From Patescibacteria group bacterium (GTDB taxonomy: Bacteria; Patescibacteriota; Minisyncoccia; UBA6257; 02-FULL-45-10c): a DNA stretch of 46,835 nucleotides. Positions 15,155 through 24,181 of the stretch are shown in pieces. The translations under genes were made by a program, and so were the position numbers. A model generated the notes under the pieces. The model did not search any database. It was not told the DNA's origin and worked only from the letters and a program-made list of their open reading frames with translations. Numbering within the stretch: the stretch's first letter is position 1; every line of letters begins with the position of its first letter. Where the stretch lies: contig JAGWKK010000001.1 in NCBI GenBank assembly GCA_028865335.1, positions 1-46,835 on the forward strand, given 5' to 3'.

Positions 15155-15709
15155 ATGCCTCAGCAATTTGTACAAAATCCGATGAATCAGTTTGAGTCCG
15201 AGCGGCTGCCGGTAGGCTGGCCGTGGCGGTTTTTCATGGTCTCATTCGTGATTTTTCTGGTGAGCATCCTCGGCTACGTCGGATTGGCGTTCGGCTACGA
15301 GCCGTTTTTGAATACGAAAGTCGCTTCGCTGGATCAGAACATCACGCAGGGGGCGGCCGAGGTTTCCTCCACCCAGCAGCAGCAATTCATCCAGGTGTAT
15401 TCGCAGATCGTGAACCTGAAGAGCCTGGTCGGCGATCACGTGTTCTCATCCAACGTTCTCTTCCTGTTGCAGAGCGTCACGTATCCGCAGATTTATTACA
15501 CGCATGCGGATCTGAAGACGGCCGAACGCACGCTGACGCTGGACGGCGTCGCGCCGACGTTCGACATCCTTTCGCAGCAGCTGGCTGTTTTCTCCCAGAC
15601 GTCCGCCGTCACGGGTTACACGCTTGATCAGTCCCAGCTTAACAACAATCAGGTGCAATTCCGCGTGACACTGAAATTAGCCCCGTCGGTTTTTTCACTC
15701 TCTTCATGA
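15155..15709 (+). CDS. pilN: PilN-like pilus assembly membrane protein
   Basis: 184 aa with a single TM helix after a short cytoplasmic N-terminus. It lies between the pilM and pilO-like genes. Confidence 0.55.
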   Translation: MPQQFVQNPMNQFESERLPVGWPWRFFMVSFVIFLVSILGYVGLAFGYEPFLNTKVASLDQNITQGAAEVSSTQQQQFIQVYSQIVNLKSLVGDHVFSSNVLFLLQSVTYPQIYYTHADLKTAERTLTLDGVAPTFDILSQQLAVFSQTSAVTGYTLDQSQLNNNQVQFRVTLKLAPSVFSLSS

Positions 15710-16275
15710 AATCCTCAACCAAACGCGCATTAAGCCTGCTGCTCTCCGCCGCGCTGCTCATAGCCGCGCTGGCGATTTATGCGACGCTCATCGTGCCGGA
15801 ATACGACGTGATCCAGGGATTGCGCGGGACGATCGAAGCGAAAACCCAGGTGCTTGATCTGGAAACGAAAGCGGTCCAGCAGGTGAAGAGCCTGATCGTG
15901 AATCTGAAGAATATCAGCAACATCAGCGCTTCGCTCTCATCCGCGCTTCCTTCCGATCAGCAATTGGCGACCGCGGTGGCGCAGCTGAACGCGTTGGCGC
16001 AGGTGCATGGCCTGGCGGTGCAGGGAATCGGTGTGACGTTGCCGCCGGTGATGCCGTCGCCGGTCAGCCAGTCGTTCGCGAAGAACATCGGCACGCTCCG
16101 TTTTGACGTGAAATTCGCCGGCACCTACTCGGGCATGCGGGATTTCCTGTACGATGTCGAGCGCAATCTGCGGATCATGGACGTGCAGGGCCTGACCGTC
16201 GATTCCTCCACAAAATCGGGACAAGATCTGGTGACGTTCTCGGCCGTCATCGATACCTATTATCAAACTCCTTAA
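15706..16275 (+). CDS. pilO: PilO-like pilus assembly membrane protein
   Basis: 189 aa with TM helix, coiled coil and a C-terminal alpha/beta domain. It overlaps pilN by 4 nt. Confidence 0.55.
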   Translation: MKSSTKRALSLLLSAALLIAALAIYATLIVPEYDVIQGLRGTIEAKTQVLDLETKAVQQVKSLIVNLKNISNISASLSSALPSDQQLATAVAQLNALAQVHGLAVQGIGVTLPPVMPSPVSQSFAKNIGTLRFDVKFAGTYSGMRDFLYDVERNLRIMDVQGLTVDSSTKSGQDLVTFSAVIDTYYQTP

Positions 16276-16278
16276 TCT

Positions 16279-16569
16279 ATGGCCATCGTGCTTGAAGAAA
16301 AACAACCGTTTCACTGGGGCGCACTGCTGGTTTTCCTCGCCGCCATCATCGTCGTGGTCGGCGCGGCCTATTTCCTGTTCTTCTCCCCGTCGCCGGCGGC
16401 GGAAGAGATCATTCCGCTGAATGTGAAATCCACGACGGAACTTTCCACAGTGGTGCTGAGTCCGAACGACGTGCTCCAGAACAAGACGTTCCAGATTCTG
16501 AAACCGTACGGCGCTCCGGCCGCCGCGGCGAATCCGGGAGCGAATCTGAATCCGTTTCTTAAACCCTAA
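16279..16569 (+). CDS. small membrane protein of the pilus operon (96 aa)
   Basis: TM helix ALLVFLAAIIVVVGAAYFLFF. Tightly packed between the pilO-like gene and pilB. Confidence 0.5.
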   Translation: MAIVLEEKQPFHWGALLVFLAAIIVVVGAAYFLFFSPSPAAEEIIPLNVKSTTELSTVVLSPNDVLQNKTFQILKPYGAPAAAANPGANLNPFLKP

Positions 16570-16580
16570 CCCTCCCACCG

Positions 16581-18311
16581 ATGGACGAGAAGAAATTATT
16601 CGAAAACCTGGTCGCTGACGGACTGCTGACTGACGCCGTGGCGCAGAAACTCCTTTCCGAAGCTTCCTCCTCCGGCCGCCGCGCGGAGGATTTGCTGTAT
16701 GACCGCCATCTCGTCCCGGAAGAGGACATCGCCCGCGCGAAAAGCGCGCTGATGAAGATCCCGTTCAAGAAAGTGGCGCTCGCCGATCTGACGAAGGACC
16801 TGATCGCCAGCATTCCGGAGGAAACCGCACGGAACTACAAAGTGATCCCGCTGTCGCGCACGAAGGACATGCTGGTGGTGGGCATGGTGAATCCGACCGA
16901 TCCGCAGGCGCAGGAGGCGCTGCGGTTCGTCGCCAAACAGCAGAAGATCAATCTCGGCGTCTATCTGATCACGCCGGGCGATTTCGATCTCGCGCTCCAG
17001 AAATATTCCCCGTACAAGGACGTCGTGGACGCCGCGATCCGCGGACTGAACATCCGTCCCGGCCAGAAAAAAGGCGACTCCGGCGAAAAGCTGGTCCAGC
17101 TGGAAGCGGGCGTCGCGGTTTCCGAGGAGGCGCCGATCATCAAGCTGGTCGCCTCCACGCTGAAAGAGGCGGTGAACCAGCGCGCATCCGATATCCATAT
17201 CGAACCTCAGCGCTCCTCGCTCCGCATCCGGTTCCGCGTTGACGGCGATCTCAAGGAAGTCAGCAAGATGCCGATCGAACTCCACCAGCCGATCGTCTCC
17301 CGCGTCAAAGTGCTCGCGAACCTGAAGCTGGATGAGAACCGCATTCCGCAGGACGGACGGTTCCGCACGATCATTTTCGGACGCGACATCGATTTCCGCG
17401 TCGCGACGTTTCCGACGCCGGCAGGGGAGAAGGTCGCGATCCGCGTATTGGATCCGACCACCGGCCTGCGCACGCTGAACGATCTCGGACTGGTGGGCAC
17501 GAACCTCGCCACCGTCAAGGAAGCGATCGAGAAGCCGTACGGCTTGGTGCTGATCAGCGGACCGACCGGTTCCGGTAAGACGACGACGCTCTATGCGCTG
17601 CTGCAGCTTTTGAATAACGAGGCATCCAACATCGTCAGCCTGGAGGATCCGGTGGAGTACTATATAGACGGCATCAACCAGTCGCAGGTGCAGCCGGAAA
17701 TCGGCTACGACTTCGCGTCCGGCTTGCGCCAGATCCTGCGGCAGGACCCCGATGTGATCATGGTGGGTGAAATCCGCGATTCCGAAACGGCGCAGCTGAC
17801 GATCCACGCGGCGCTGACCGGTCACGTCGTGCTTTCCACGCTCCACACCAACGATGCGGTCGGCGTCATTCCGCGCCTGATCGATATGAAAGTGGACAGC
17901 TTCCTGATCCCTGCATCCGTGAACGTCATGATGGCGCAGCGGCTCGTATCCAAGATCTGCCAGAGCTGCCGCAAACCGGAACCGCTTCCGGCGAAGATCG
18001 CGGATCTCGTGAAAAAGGAATTGGAGCATGTGCCCGAGGGCATGCTGCCGAAAGACCGGACAAAACTCTGGCATGCGCCGGGTTGCGAGGTATGCAAGGG
18101 CCGCGGCATCACGGGCCGCGTCGCCGTCTTCGAAGTGTTGCGGATGACGCCGCAATTGGAGGGCGTCATTTCGGCCGGCGTCACGGAACAGAAGATCATC
18201 GAGGAGGCGCGCCGGCAGGGGATGATCACGATGCGCCAGGACGGCATCATCAAAGCATTGAACGGCCTGGTCAGCATGGAGGAAGTGCTGCGCGAGACAT
18301 CGGAGATATAG
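16581..18311 (+). CDS. pilB: type IV pilus assembly ATPase PilB (GspE family)
   Basis: 576 aa. Walker A GPTGSGKTTT, Asp and His boxes, tetracysteine CQSC...CEVC, N-terminal GspII_E-like domain. Confidence 0.95.
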   Translation: MDEKKLFENLVADGLLTDAVAQKLLSEASSSGRRAEDLLYDRHLVPEEDIARAKSALMKIPFKKVALADLTKDLIASIPEETARNYKVIPLSRTKDMLVVGMVNPTDPQAQEALRFVAKQQKINLGVYLITPGDFDLALQKYSPYKDVVDAAIRGLNIRPGQKKGDSGEKLVQLEAGVAVSEEAPIIKLVASTLKEAVNQRASDIHIEPQRSSLRIRFRVDGDLKEVSKMPIELHQPIVSRVKVLANLKLDENRIPQDGRFRTIIFGRDIDFRVATFPTPAGEKVAIRVLDPTTGLRTLNDLGLVGTNLATVKEAIEKPYGLVLISGPTGSGKTTTLYALLQLLNNEASNIVSLEDPVEYYIDGINQSQVQPEIGYDFASGLRQILRQDPDVIMVGEIRDSETAQLTIHAALTGHVVLSTLHTNDAVGVIPRLIDMKVDSFLIPASVNVMMAQRLVSKICQSCRKPEPLPAKIADLVKKELEHVPEGMLPKDRTKLWHAPGCEVCKGRGITGRVAVFEVLRMTPQLEGVISAGVTEQKIIEEARRQGMITMRQDGIIKALNGLVSMEEVLRETSEI

Positions 18312-18356
18312 CGGTGTTCGTTGGCTATTCAGCGCGGGAAATTCTATAATAAAGAC

Positions 18357-19439
18357 ATGGCGGAAAACGCTTCTTATAAAACAAAACTGGAGGACCTGCT
18401 TTTGACGACGGCGAAACAGAACGCGTCCGACCTGCATCTGGCGGTCGGCCGACGCCCGACGCTCCGTTTGGACGGCGTGCTGATCGGTCTCCAGAAAGAA
18501 CCGATCCTGACGCCGGAAGCGATGGAGGGGCTGGTTACGGCATTGCTGACTTCGGAACAGAAAGAGCGATTTTTAAAGGACAAACAGCTGGACTTCGCGT
18601 TCGCGTATGAAGACAAGGCGCGGTTCCGCGTGAACGTTTTCTATCAGCGCGGGTATATGGCCGCGGCGCTCCGTCTGATTCCGGCCCAGGTGAAGACGAT
18701 CGAGGAACTCGGACTTCCGCCGATTCTGCATGACTTCGCCCGCTTGTCGCAGGGATTCGTGCTGGTGGTGGGTCCGGCAGGCCACGGAAAATCGACCACG
18801 CTTGCGGCGATTCTGGATGAGGTGAACCATCAGCGTACCGACCACGTGATCACCATCGAAGACCCGATCGAATATCTGTTCGTGCAGGACCGCTGCATCA
18901 TCTCCCAGCGCGAAGTGGGGAATGATACGCCGAGTTTTCACGATGCGCTGAAGACATTGCTCCGCCAGGACCCGGACGTCGTGATGATCGGTGAAATGCG
19001 CGACCGCGAATCCATCTCCACGGCCATGACCGCCGCGGAAACCGGCCACCTGGTCTTTTCCACCCTGCACACCAACTCCGCTTCCCAGACCATCGACCGT
19101 ATCATCGACAGTTTTCCCGCCGATCAGCAGGGCCAGATCGTTTCCCAGCTCTCCGCGACGCTGGTGGGTATCGTCTCCGAACGTCTCATTCCGAAAATCG
19201 ACGGCGGCCGCGCTCCGGCGTGTGAAATCATGCTGGTGAATTCCGCGATCCGCAACCTGATCCGCGAACGGAAAACCTATCAGATCGACCTGGTGATCGA
19301 AACGAGCATGCAGGAAGGCATGGTCACGCTGAACCGCTCGCTCGCCGAGCTGATCCGCAAGAAACAGATCTCGCTGGAGAACGCGGAACTCTATTCGCTC
19401 AATCCGTCGGAGTTGAGAATATTATTGGAGCGCGGTTAA
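18357..19439 (+). CDS. pilT: twitching-motility/retraction ATPase PilT
   Basis: 360 aa from ATG 18357 (the ORF track starts at a TTG at 18321). Walker A GPAGHGKSTT and AIRNLIRE motif. TATAAT at 18345-18350 lies 6 nt before the ATG. Confidence 0.9.
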   Translation: MAENASYKTKLEDLLLTTAKQNASDLHLAVGRRPTLRLDGVLIGLQKEPILTPEAMEGLVTALLTSEQKERFLKDKQLDFAFAYEDKARFRVNVFYQRGYMAAALRLIPAQVKTIEELGLPPILHDFARLSQGFVLVVGPAGHGKSTTLAAILDEVNHQRTDHVITIEDPIEYLFVQDRCIISQREVGNDTPSFHDALKTLLRQDPDVVMIGEMRDRESISTAMTAAETGHLVFSTLHTNSASQTIDRIIDSFPADQQGQIVSQLSATLVGIVSERLIPKIDGGRAPACEIMLVNSAIRNLIRERKTYQIDLVIETSMQEGMVTLNRSLAELIRKKQISLENAELYSLNPSELRILLERG

Positions 19440-19442
19440 ACG

Positions 19443-20651
19443 ATGAAATTCCAATACACGGCGCGAACGAAACAAGGGGAGCTGCAGACGGGATTCGTGG
19501 AATCGGTCAATCGGGAAGCGGCGGTGAACATTCTGGTCGGACACGACCTTTTTGTGTTATCAGTGACGGCTGCCGAGGCGCCGAAGTGGTACGAGCCGTT
19601 CGTGAATCTGCTCAACCGGGTGAAGCCGAATGACCTGATGATATTCACGCGGCAGTTCGCGACACTGCTGGAGGCGAAGATCTCGCTCGGCGATTCGCTG
19701 CGCAACCTGTACCGGCAGACCCATAATTCGATCCTGAAGGAAGTCATCTCCGACATCACGTCGGATGTGGACTCGGGCCTGCTGCTGTCGCAGGCGCTGG
19801 AGAAGCACTCCAATATCTTTTCGCAGTTCTATGTGAGCATGGTCCGTTCGGCGGAGGTGACCGGGCGTCTGGAGGAAGTCGTCGGCTTCATGGCCGATTA
19901 TCTGGAAAAGGAAGTCGGCCTGCTCGGCCGCGTCCGCGCGGCGCTGATCTATCCGGCGGTGATCGTCGCCCTTTTCGTCGTCGTCGTCGGCATCATGATC
20001 GGCGTGGTGTTTCCGCAGCTGGAACCGGTGTTCGCGGAATCCAATGTCCAGCTTCCGCTGGTGACGCAGATCCTGCTCGGGACCGGAAATTTCGTGGCGC
20101 AGTGGTGGCTGGCGCTCCTGATCGTCCTCGTCGTCTTCGCGATGATCCTGTATGACTATCTGCAGACCGCCGAAGGGAAGATCGTGGTGGATGAATTGCG
20201 CGTGCGGATGCCGGTGCTGGGTGAACTGTATAAGAAGGTGTATGTCGCCCGGTTTGCGGAATCGTCCGCGGTATTGATCCGCGGCGGCATTCCGATCGCC
20301 CAGGCGCTGGAGATTTCGGGCCATACGATCGGCAGCATCATCTACCGCGACGTGCTCCACGAAGTAGCCGAGGCGGTGCGCGGCGGACAGCTCATGTCGC
20401 AGGCGCTTGCCGAACACGAGGAATATTTCCCGCCGCTGGTCCATCAGATGGTGTCGGTGGGGGAATCGACCGGAAAATTGGAAGCGCTGCTTTCCCGCAT
20501 CGGAGCATTCTATACGCGCGATGTGGATACCATGGTGGGGAATCTGGTTGACCTCATCCAGCCGGCGCTGATGGTGGTCATCGGCATACTCGTCGGCCTG
20601 CTCTTCGCCGCGGTGCTTCTGCCGATCTACAACTTGGCGCAGTCGTTCTAA
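19443..20651 (+). CDS. pilC: type IV pilus inner-membrane platform protein PilC (GspF family)
   Basis: 402 aa with a duplicated T2SS-F domain architecture and three TM segments. Confidence 0.9.
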   Translation: MKFQYTARTKQGELQTGFVESVNREAAVNILVGHDLFVLSVTAAEAPKWYEPFVNLLNRVKPNDLMIFTRQFATLLEAKISLGDSLRNLYRQTHNSILKEVISDITSDVDSGLLLSQALEKHSNIFSQFYVSMVRSAEVTGRLEEVVGFMADYLEKEVGLLGRVRAALIYPAVIVALFVVVVGIMIGVVFPQLEPVFAESNVQLPLVTQILLGTGNFVAQWWLALLIVLVVFAMILYDYLQTAEGKIVVDELRVRMPVLGELYKKVYVARFAESSAVLIRGGIPIAQALEISGHTIGSIIYRDVLHEVAEAVRGGQLMSQALAEHEEYFPPLVHQMVSVGESTGKLEALLSRIGAFYTRDVDTMVGNLVDLIQPALMVVIGILVGLLFAAVLLPIYNLAQSF

Positions 20652-20732
20652 AGGGTCCGCCCGGGCGAGTATGGTATACTAAAGGTATTATCGGTTATAA
20701 TCACTATTATGCATAAAAAAGGATCTAAATCG

Positions 20733-20762
20733 GGTTTCACCCCGTCACCAGATCGAGCGCCG
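20733..20762 (-). repeat. repeat motif copy c with the adjoining cggcgctcga segment (empty site for the palindrome)
   Basis: The reverse complement cggcgctcgatctggtgacggggtgaaacc equals 8191-8240 minus the 20-nt palindrome, with one mismatch. Confidence 0.8.
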
Positions 20763-20818
20763 AAACGCCCCCTCGATGTCGACGATAGTAATCCTTTCGA
20801 GTAATAATTATATATTTT

Positions 20819-21301
20819 ATGACAAAACAATCATTACGAGATAAGCGTTTAAAAAATCGCAGCGCTCGGCTCGGTGCGGGGTTCACCCTTATTGAAGTTC
20901 TCGTCGTCGTTTCCATCATCGGCTTGCTTTCAGCCATCATCCTGGTCGGCTTGAGCGGATTCCGCGCGCGCGGCCGCGACACCCGGCGCATCGCCGATCT
21001 GAAGCAGGTCCAGAACGGCCTTGAGCTTTTCTATGCGAAGAACGGCAACTATCCGGCGTCCCTGAGCGACATGCTGACTGCGAATATCGGCGTCACCCAG
21101 CTGCCGAAGGATCCGTCCACGACGCAGGATTATTTCTACAGCTACCAGACATCCGACAAGCAGGGATATGTTCTTGCCGCGAAACTGGATGCAAGCAGCG
21201 GCGACGCCATCTTCAATGACAGTGCGACTTCGGTTACCATCGGGAACTACACGGGATCGGTGACCAGCTGTGCCCAGCCCTACTACTGCGTTACGTTTTA
21301 A
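20819..21301 (+). CDS. pilA: type IV pilin (prepilin-type N-terminal cleavage/methylation domain), likely major pilin
   Basis: 160 aa. Class III signal ...RLGAG|FTLIEVLVVVSIIGLLSAIIL with Glu+5. Confidence 0.85.
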   Translation: MTKQSLRDKRLKNRSARLGAGFTLIEVLVVVSIIGLLSAIILVGLSGFRARGRDTRRIADLKQVQNGLELFYAKNGNYPASLSDMLTANIGVTQLPKDPSTTQDYFYSYQTSDKQGYVLAAKLDASSGDAIFNDSATSVTIGNYTGSVTSCAQPYYCVTF

Positions 21302-21313
21302 TCCGGTATTGCG

Positions 21314-22180
21314 ATGATGACCGCTTTCATTTCGGTCCTCCTTTTCGCCTTCGGCCTCATTTTCGGCAGTTTTCTGAACGTCGTCATTTTCCGATATCAT
21401 CCTGACCGGTCATTATTTGCGGCGGGTCCGCTGGGCGGGCGTTCGCATTGCCGGTCCTGTAACGCGCAGCTCGCATGGTATGAGCTGATTCCGGTGGTGA
21501 GTTTCGCGATCCAGCGCGCGCGGTGCCGCCATTGCGGAGCGCCGCTGTCCTGGCAATATCCGTTGGTGGAGCTGCTGACCGGATTCATTTTCCTGACCCC
21601 GCTTTATTTCTATGACGCGCATGCGACCGTCTTTTCTTTGTGGACCGGCGGTATCTGGACCGTCGCCTTCGCGTCATTCCTGGTGCTCGCGGCGATCGAC
21701 TACTACTGGTTCATCATTCCCGACGAACTGAACATCTTCATCGCGGCTCTCGGCGCGGTCCGCATCGCGGTTGAATATTATTTCCATACCTTCGGCGCTT
21801 TCGCGGGATCGTTCATCGGGAGTTATGCGGAACTGTTCGGATTACGCGGAGATGTTCTCACGAACCATATCGCCGGCGCGCTGTTCGGCTTGGCGCTGAT
21901 CGGCGTGATCATCGCCGTGACGCGCGGCCGCGGGATGGGAGTGGGCGATCTGAAACTCGCCGGCGCGCTCGGCGTCCTGTTCGGCTGGCCCGATGTCATA
22001 TTCGTTCTCGCATTCGGATTCGTTCTCGGGTCCCTGTATGCGGTCGGCGTCCTGGTACGGCGGAGCAAGGGGATGAAAGATTCCGTTCCGTTCGGTCCGT
22101 TCCTGGTCGCGGGCGCGACCGCGCTGGTGTTCTACGGACATGCGATTTTGACCTGGTATTTCGGCATTTTCCTCTCATAA
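21314..22180 (+). CDS. pilD: prepilin peptidase (A24 family) PilD
   Basis: 288 aa polytopic membrane protein. N-terminal CxxC...CxxC zinc motif (CRSC...CRHC) and GMGVGDLKL catalytic Asp motif. Confidence 0.9.
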   Translation: MMTAFISVLLFAFGLIFGSFLNVVIFRYHPDRSLFAAGPLGGRSHCRSCNAQLAWYELIPVVSFAIQRARCRHCGAPLSWQYPLVELLTGFIFLTPLYFYDAHATVFSLWTGGIWTVAFASFLVLAAIDYYWFIIPDELNIFIAALGAVRIAVEYYFHTFGAFAGSFIGSYAELFGLRGDVLTNHIAGALFGLALIGVIIAVTRGRGMGVGDLKLAGALGVLFGWPDVIFVLAFGFVLGSLYAVGVLVRRSKGMKDSVPFGPFLVAGATALVFYGHAILTWYFGIFLS

Positions 22181-22210
22181 CCGCGTTCATTTTGTGGTAC
22201 GATAGAGATA

Positions 22211-22726
22211 ATGAAGACTCGGCAGTTCTCTCAACGGGGGTTCACGCTTGTGGAAACGCTGGTTGCCATCAGTGTTTTGGTGATGTTGAGCGGAGTCATG
22301 GTGGTGTATAACCGGTCCAGCGAGCAGGAAATCGTGATGCTGCGCGAACAGGCGAAACTTATTTCGTTCGTGTCGCGGGCGAAATCATTCGCGCTCCAGA
22401 CCTATCTCTCGGGAACGCCGGCGTGCGGCTACGGCATCCACGTGGATCAGGCGCAGAACTCCGTCATCCTTTTCCGCGATCTCGCGGCGAAGTGCCCGGG
22501 TGACAATAAATATACCGACTCCAGCGAGCTGGTCGACAGTTACCAGCTTCCGGCGACGGTCCATATCGCGTCGGCGTCGTTGACTGACGTCCTGTTTGTG
22601 CCGCCGGATCCGGACGTGATATTTACGCCGTCTCAAAATCAGGGGACTGTCACGCTGCAGACCTTAAGCGGCGGCATGGAGACCTCGATCACGATCAGTA
22701 ACGCGGGGCAGATAACGACCCGCTAA
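22211..22726 (+). CDS. minor pilin / pseudopilin (GspH/FimT-like)
   Basis: 171 aa. Leader MKTRQFSQRG|FTLVETLVAISVLVML. Confidence 0.75.
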   Translation: MKTRQFSQRGFTLVETLVAISVLVMLSGVMVVYNRSSEQEIVMLREQAKLISFVSRAKSFALQTYLSGTPACGYGIHVDQAQNSVILFRDLAAKCPGDNKYTDSSELVDSYQLPATVHIASASLTDVLFVPPDPDVIFTPSQNQGTVTLQTLSGGMETSITISNAGQITTR

Positions 22727-22731
22727 TATAT

Positions 22732-23214
22732 ATGCGACATTCCTCCCGCTGCGGACAAATGATGATTGAAGCCATGGTGGCGCTTTCGATCGTACTCGTC
22801 GGTCTTTTGGGCATCTTCTCGCTGGTGTCGCGCTCGCTCAGTCTGAACCGGGTGGCGACGGAGCAGTATACCGGCGCGAACCTTGCCGCGGAGGGCATTG
22901 AGATCGTCAAGAATATTCTGGATGCGAACGCGCTGCAAAAGAACGCATGGAACATGGGAGTGGCGCCGGGGGAGTACCAGGTGGATTATACTTCCGCCTC
23001 GCTGGCGCAATATGGCGGAGTGCCGCTTCATTATGATCCCGCGACCGGCATGTATTCCTATGCCGGCCCCGAGACCACTTCCTACAACAGGAAAATAACC
23101 GTCAGCCAGCCGTCGCCTGATGAGATCGTCGTGGATTCCACGGTCAGCTGGACCACGCGCGACAGCGGGCAGTTCCAAGTCGATCTGGAAGATCATTTCT
23201 TTAATTGGCGATAG
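22732..23214 (+). CDS. minor pilin (PilV-like)
   Basis: 160 aa. CGQMMIEAMVALSIVLVGLLGIFSL resembles a class III signal plus hydrophobic helix with Glu+5. Confidence 0.6.
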   Translation: MRHSSRCGQMMIEAMVALSIVLVGLLGIFSLVSRSLSLNRVATEQYTGANLAAEGIEIVKNILDANALQKNAWNMGVAPGEYQVDYTSASLAQYGGVPLHYDPATGMYSYAGPETTSYNRKITVSQPSPDEIVVDSTVSWTTRDSGQFQVDLEDHFFNWR

Positions 23215-23227
23215 ATGGGGAGCGCGC

Positions 23228-23255
23228 AGCGGTTAGCGTAAAGCGGTTAGTGCTA
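23228..23255. repeat. heptamer array agcggtt-agcgtaa-agcggtt-agtgcta (4 x 7 nt)
   Basis: An inverted, imperfect counterpart of the array at 23631-23658 (the reverse complement of taacgct is agcgtta). Confidence 0.65.
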
Positions 23256-23268
23256 AAACACAAAGCAT

Positions 23269-24147
23269 ATGTATATAGAATCCTATAAGAAATTCATTGT
23301 CTGGCAGAGGTCAATGGAGTTGGCGAAAGAAATCTATGGCGTTACTGAAAAATTACCCGGGCACGAGCTATATGCTTTTGTGTCCCAAATGCGCCGCGCC
23401 GCAATATCCATACCGTCCAACATTGCCGAGGGATACAAAAGAAGCGGTATCGGAGAATTCCTGCATTTTTTGAGCATTGCCGATGCTTCGGCGGCTGAGC
23501 TGGAAACGCAACTGCTCTTGGTGAAGGATATATACCGTAAAATTGATTTTACGAAGTGCGAGGAATTGCTCCTGGAAGTTCAAAAGATGCTCATCGTAAT
23601 GATAAAGAAATTGAGAGATAAGAAGTCGCTCAACGCTCAACGCTTAACGCTTAACGCTCGAAAAGGTTTCACCTTAGTCGAGCTTTTGGTGACCATGACG
23701 TTATTCCTGGTGGTCGTAAGCATCGCCACGAGCGTATTCATCAGCACGCTCCGCACGCAGCGGGAAACTGTCGCGCTGATTGCGGCGAACAGCAATGCGT
23801 CGCTGACGCTGGAACAGATGTCGCGTGAAATTCGCACCGGCACCGGCTTTGTCATGAAAGGGTCCGATCTCGCATTCACGAACGCGAAAAGCGAAAGCGT
23901 GGAATATCATCTGGATTCCGGAACCCATACGCTGCAGCGCAGTACTGACGGGGGAGCGACGTTCCTGCCGCTGACCGCGGATAATGTTAGCGTGCAGCGG
24001 GCGACGTTCCGTCTGTGGAACGGCGATCCGGCGGTGCCGTATCCGCCGCGCATCACAATCGCGCTGGGCGTCGGGGCTGTCGGCGTTCCGTTTACGACTT
24101 CAGTCGCGAACCTGGAGGTGTCGGTCAGCGCGCGGTCATTGCAGTAA
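23269..24147 (+). CDS. in-frame fusion: four-helix-bundle protein (23S rRNA intervening-sequence protein family) joined to a PilW-like minor pilin
   Basis: 292 aa. Residues 1-115 (FIVWQRSMELAKEIY...QMRRAAISIPSNIAEGYKRSGIGEFLHFLSIADASAAELETQLLL) fit the TIGR02436-type four-helix-bundle family, from memory. Residues about 131 onward (KG|FTLVELLVTMTLFLVVVSIA) are a class III pilin signal. No stop codon separates the two parts. Confidence 0.7.
   Translation: MYIESYKKFIVWQRSMELAKEIYGVTEKLPGHELYAFVSQMRRAAISIPSNIAEGYKRSGIGEFLHFLSIADASAAELETQLLLVKDIYRKIDFTKCEELLLEVQKMLIVMIKKLRDKKSLNAQRLTLNARKGFTLVELLVTMTLFLVVVSIATSVFISTLRTQRETVALIAANSNASLTLEQMSREIRTGTGFVMKGSDLAFTNAKSESVEYHLDSGTHTLQRSTDGGATFLPLTADNVSVQRATFRLWNGDPAVPYPPRITIALGVGAVGVPFTTSVANLEVSVSARSLQ
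23631..23658. repeat. heptamer array caacgct-caacgct-taacgct-taacgct (4 x 7 nt) inside the CDS at the fusion junction
   Basis: Perfect 7-nt periodicity. TAA triplets are out of frame in the current register. Confidence 0.85.
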
Positions 24148-24181
24148 GGTCGCGGGGCGTTTGTGATATACTGGAAGTATT

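Noticed and set aside
16596-18437. 613-aa minus-strand ORF, and similar long antisense ORFs (26674..27885, 19560..20444, 43680..44594, 42203..43129, 42894..43568, 34743..35414, 8975..9856, 1835..2647)
   Set aside because: Each lies opposite a confidently identified gene (pilB, ligA, pilC, HD hydrolase, tmk, pheS, DUF4012, topA). They have arginine/aspartate/histidine-heavy low-complexity composition typical of antisense frames in GC-biased coding DNA.
20709-20804. 31-codon ORF MHKKGSKSGFTPS... as a genuine small pilin
   Set aside because: It lacks the hydrophobic alpha-1 helix and Glu+5 that define type IV pilins. It coincides with a dispersed repeat, and no SD is evident. It is reported only as an observation.
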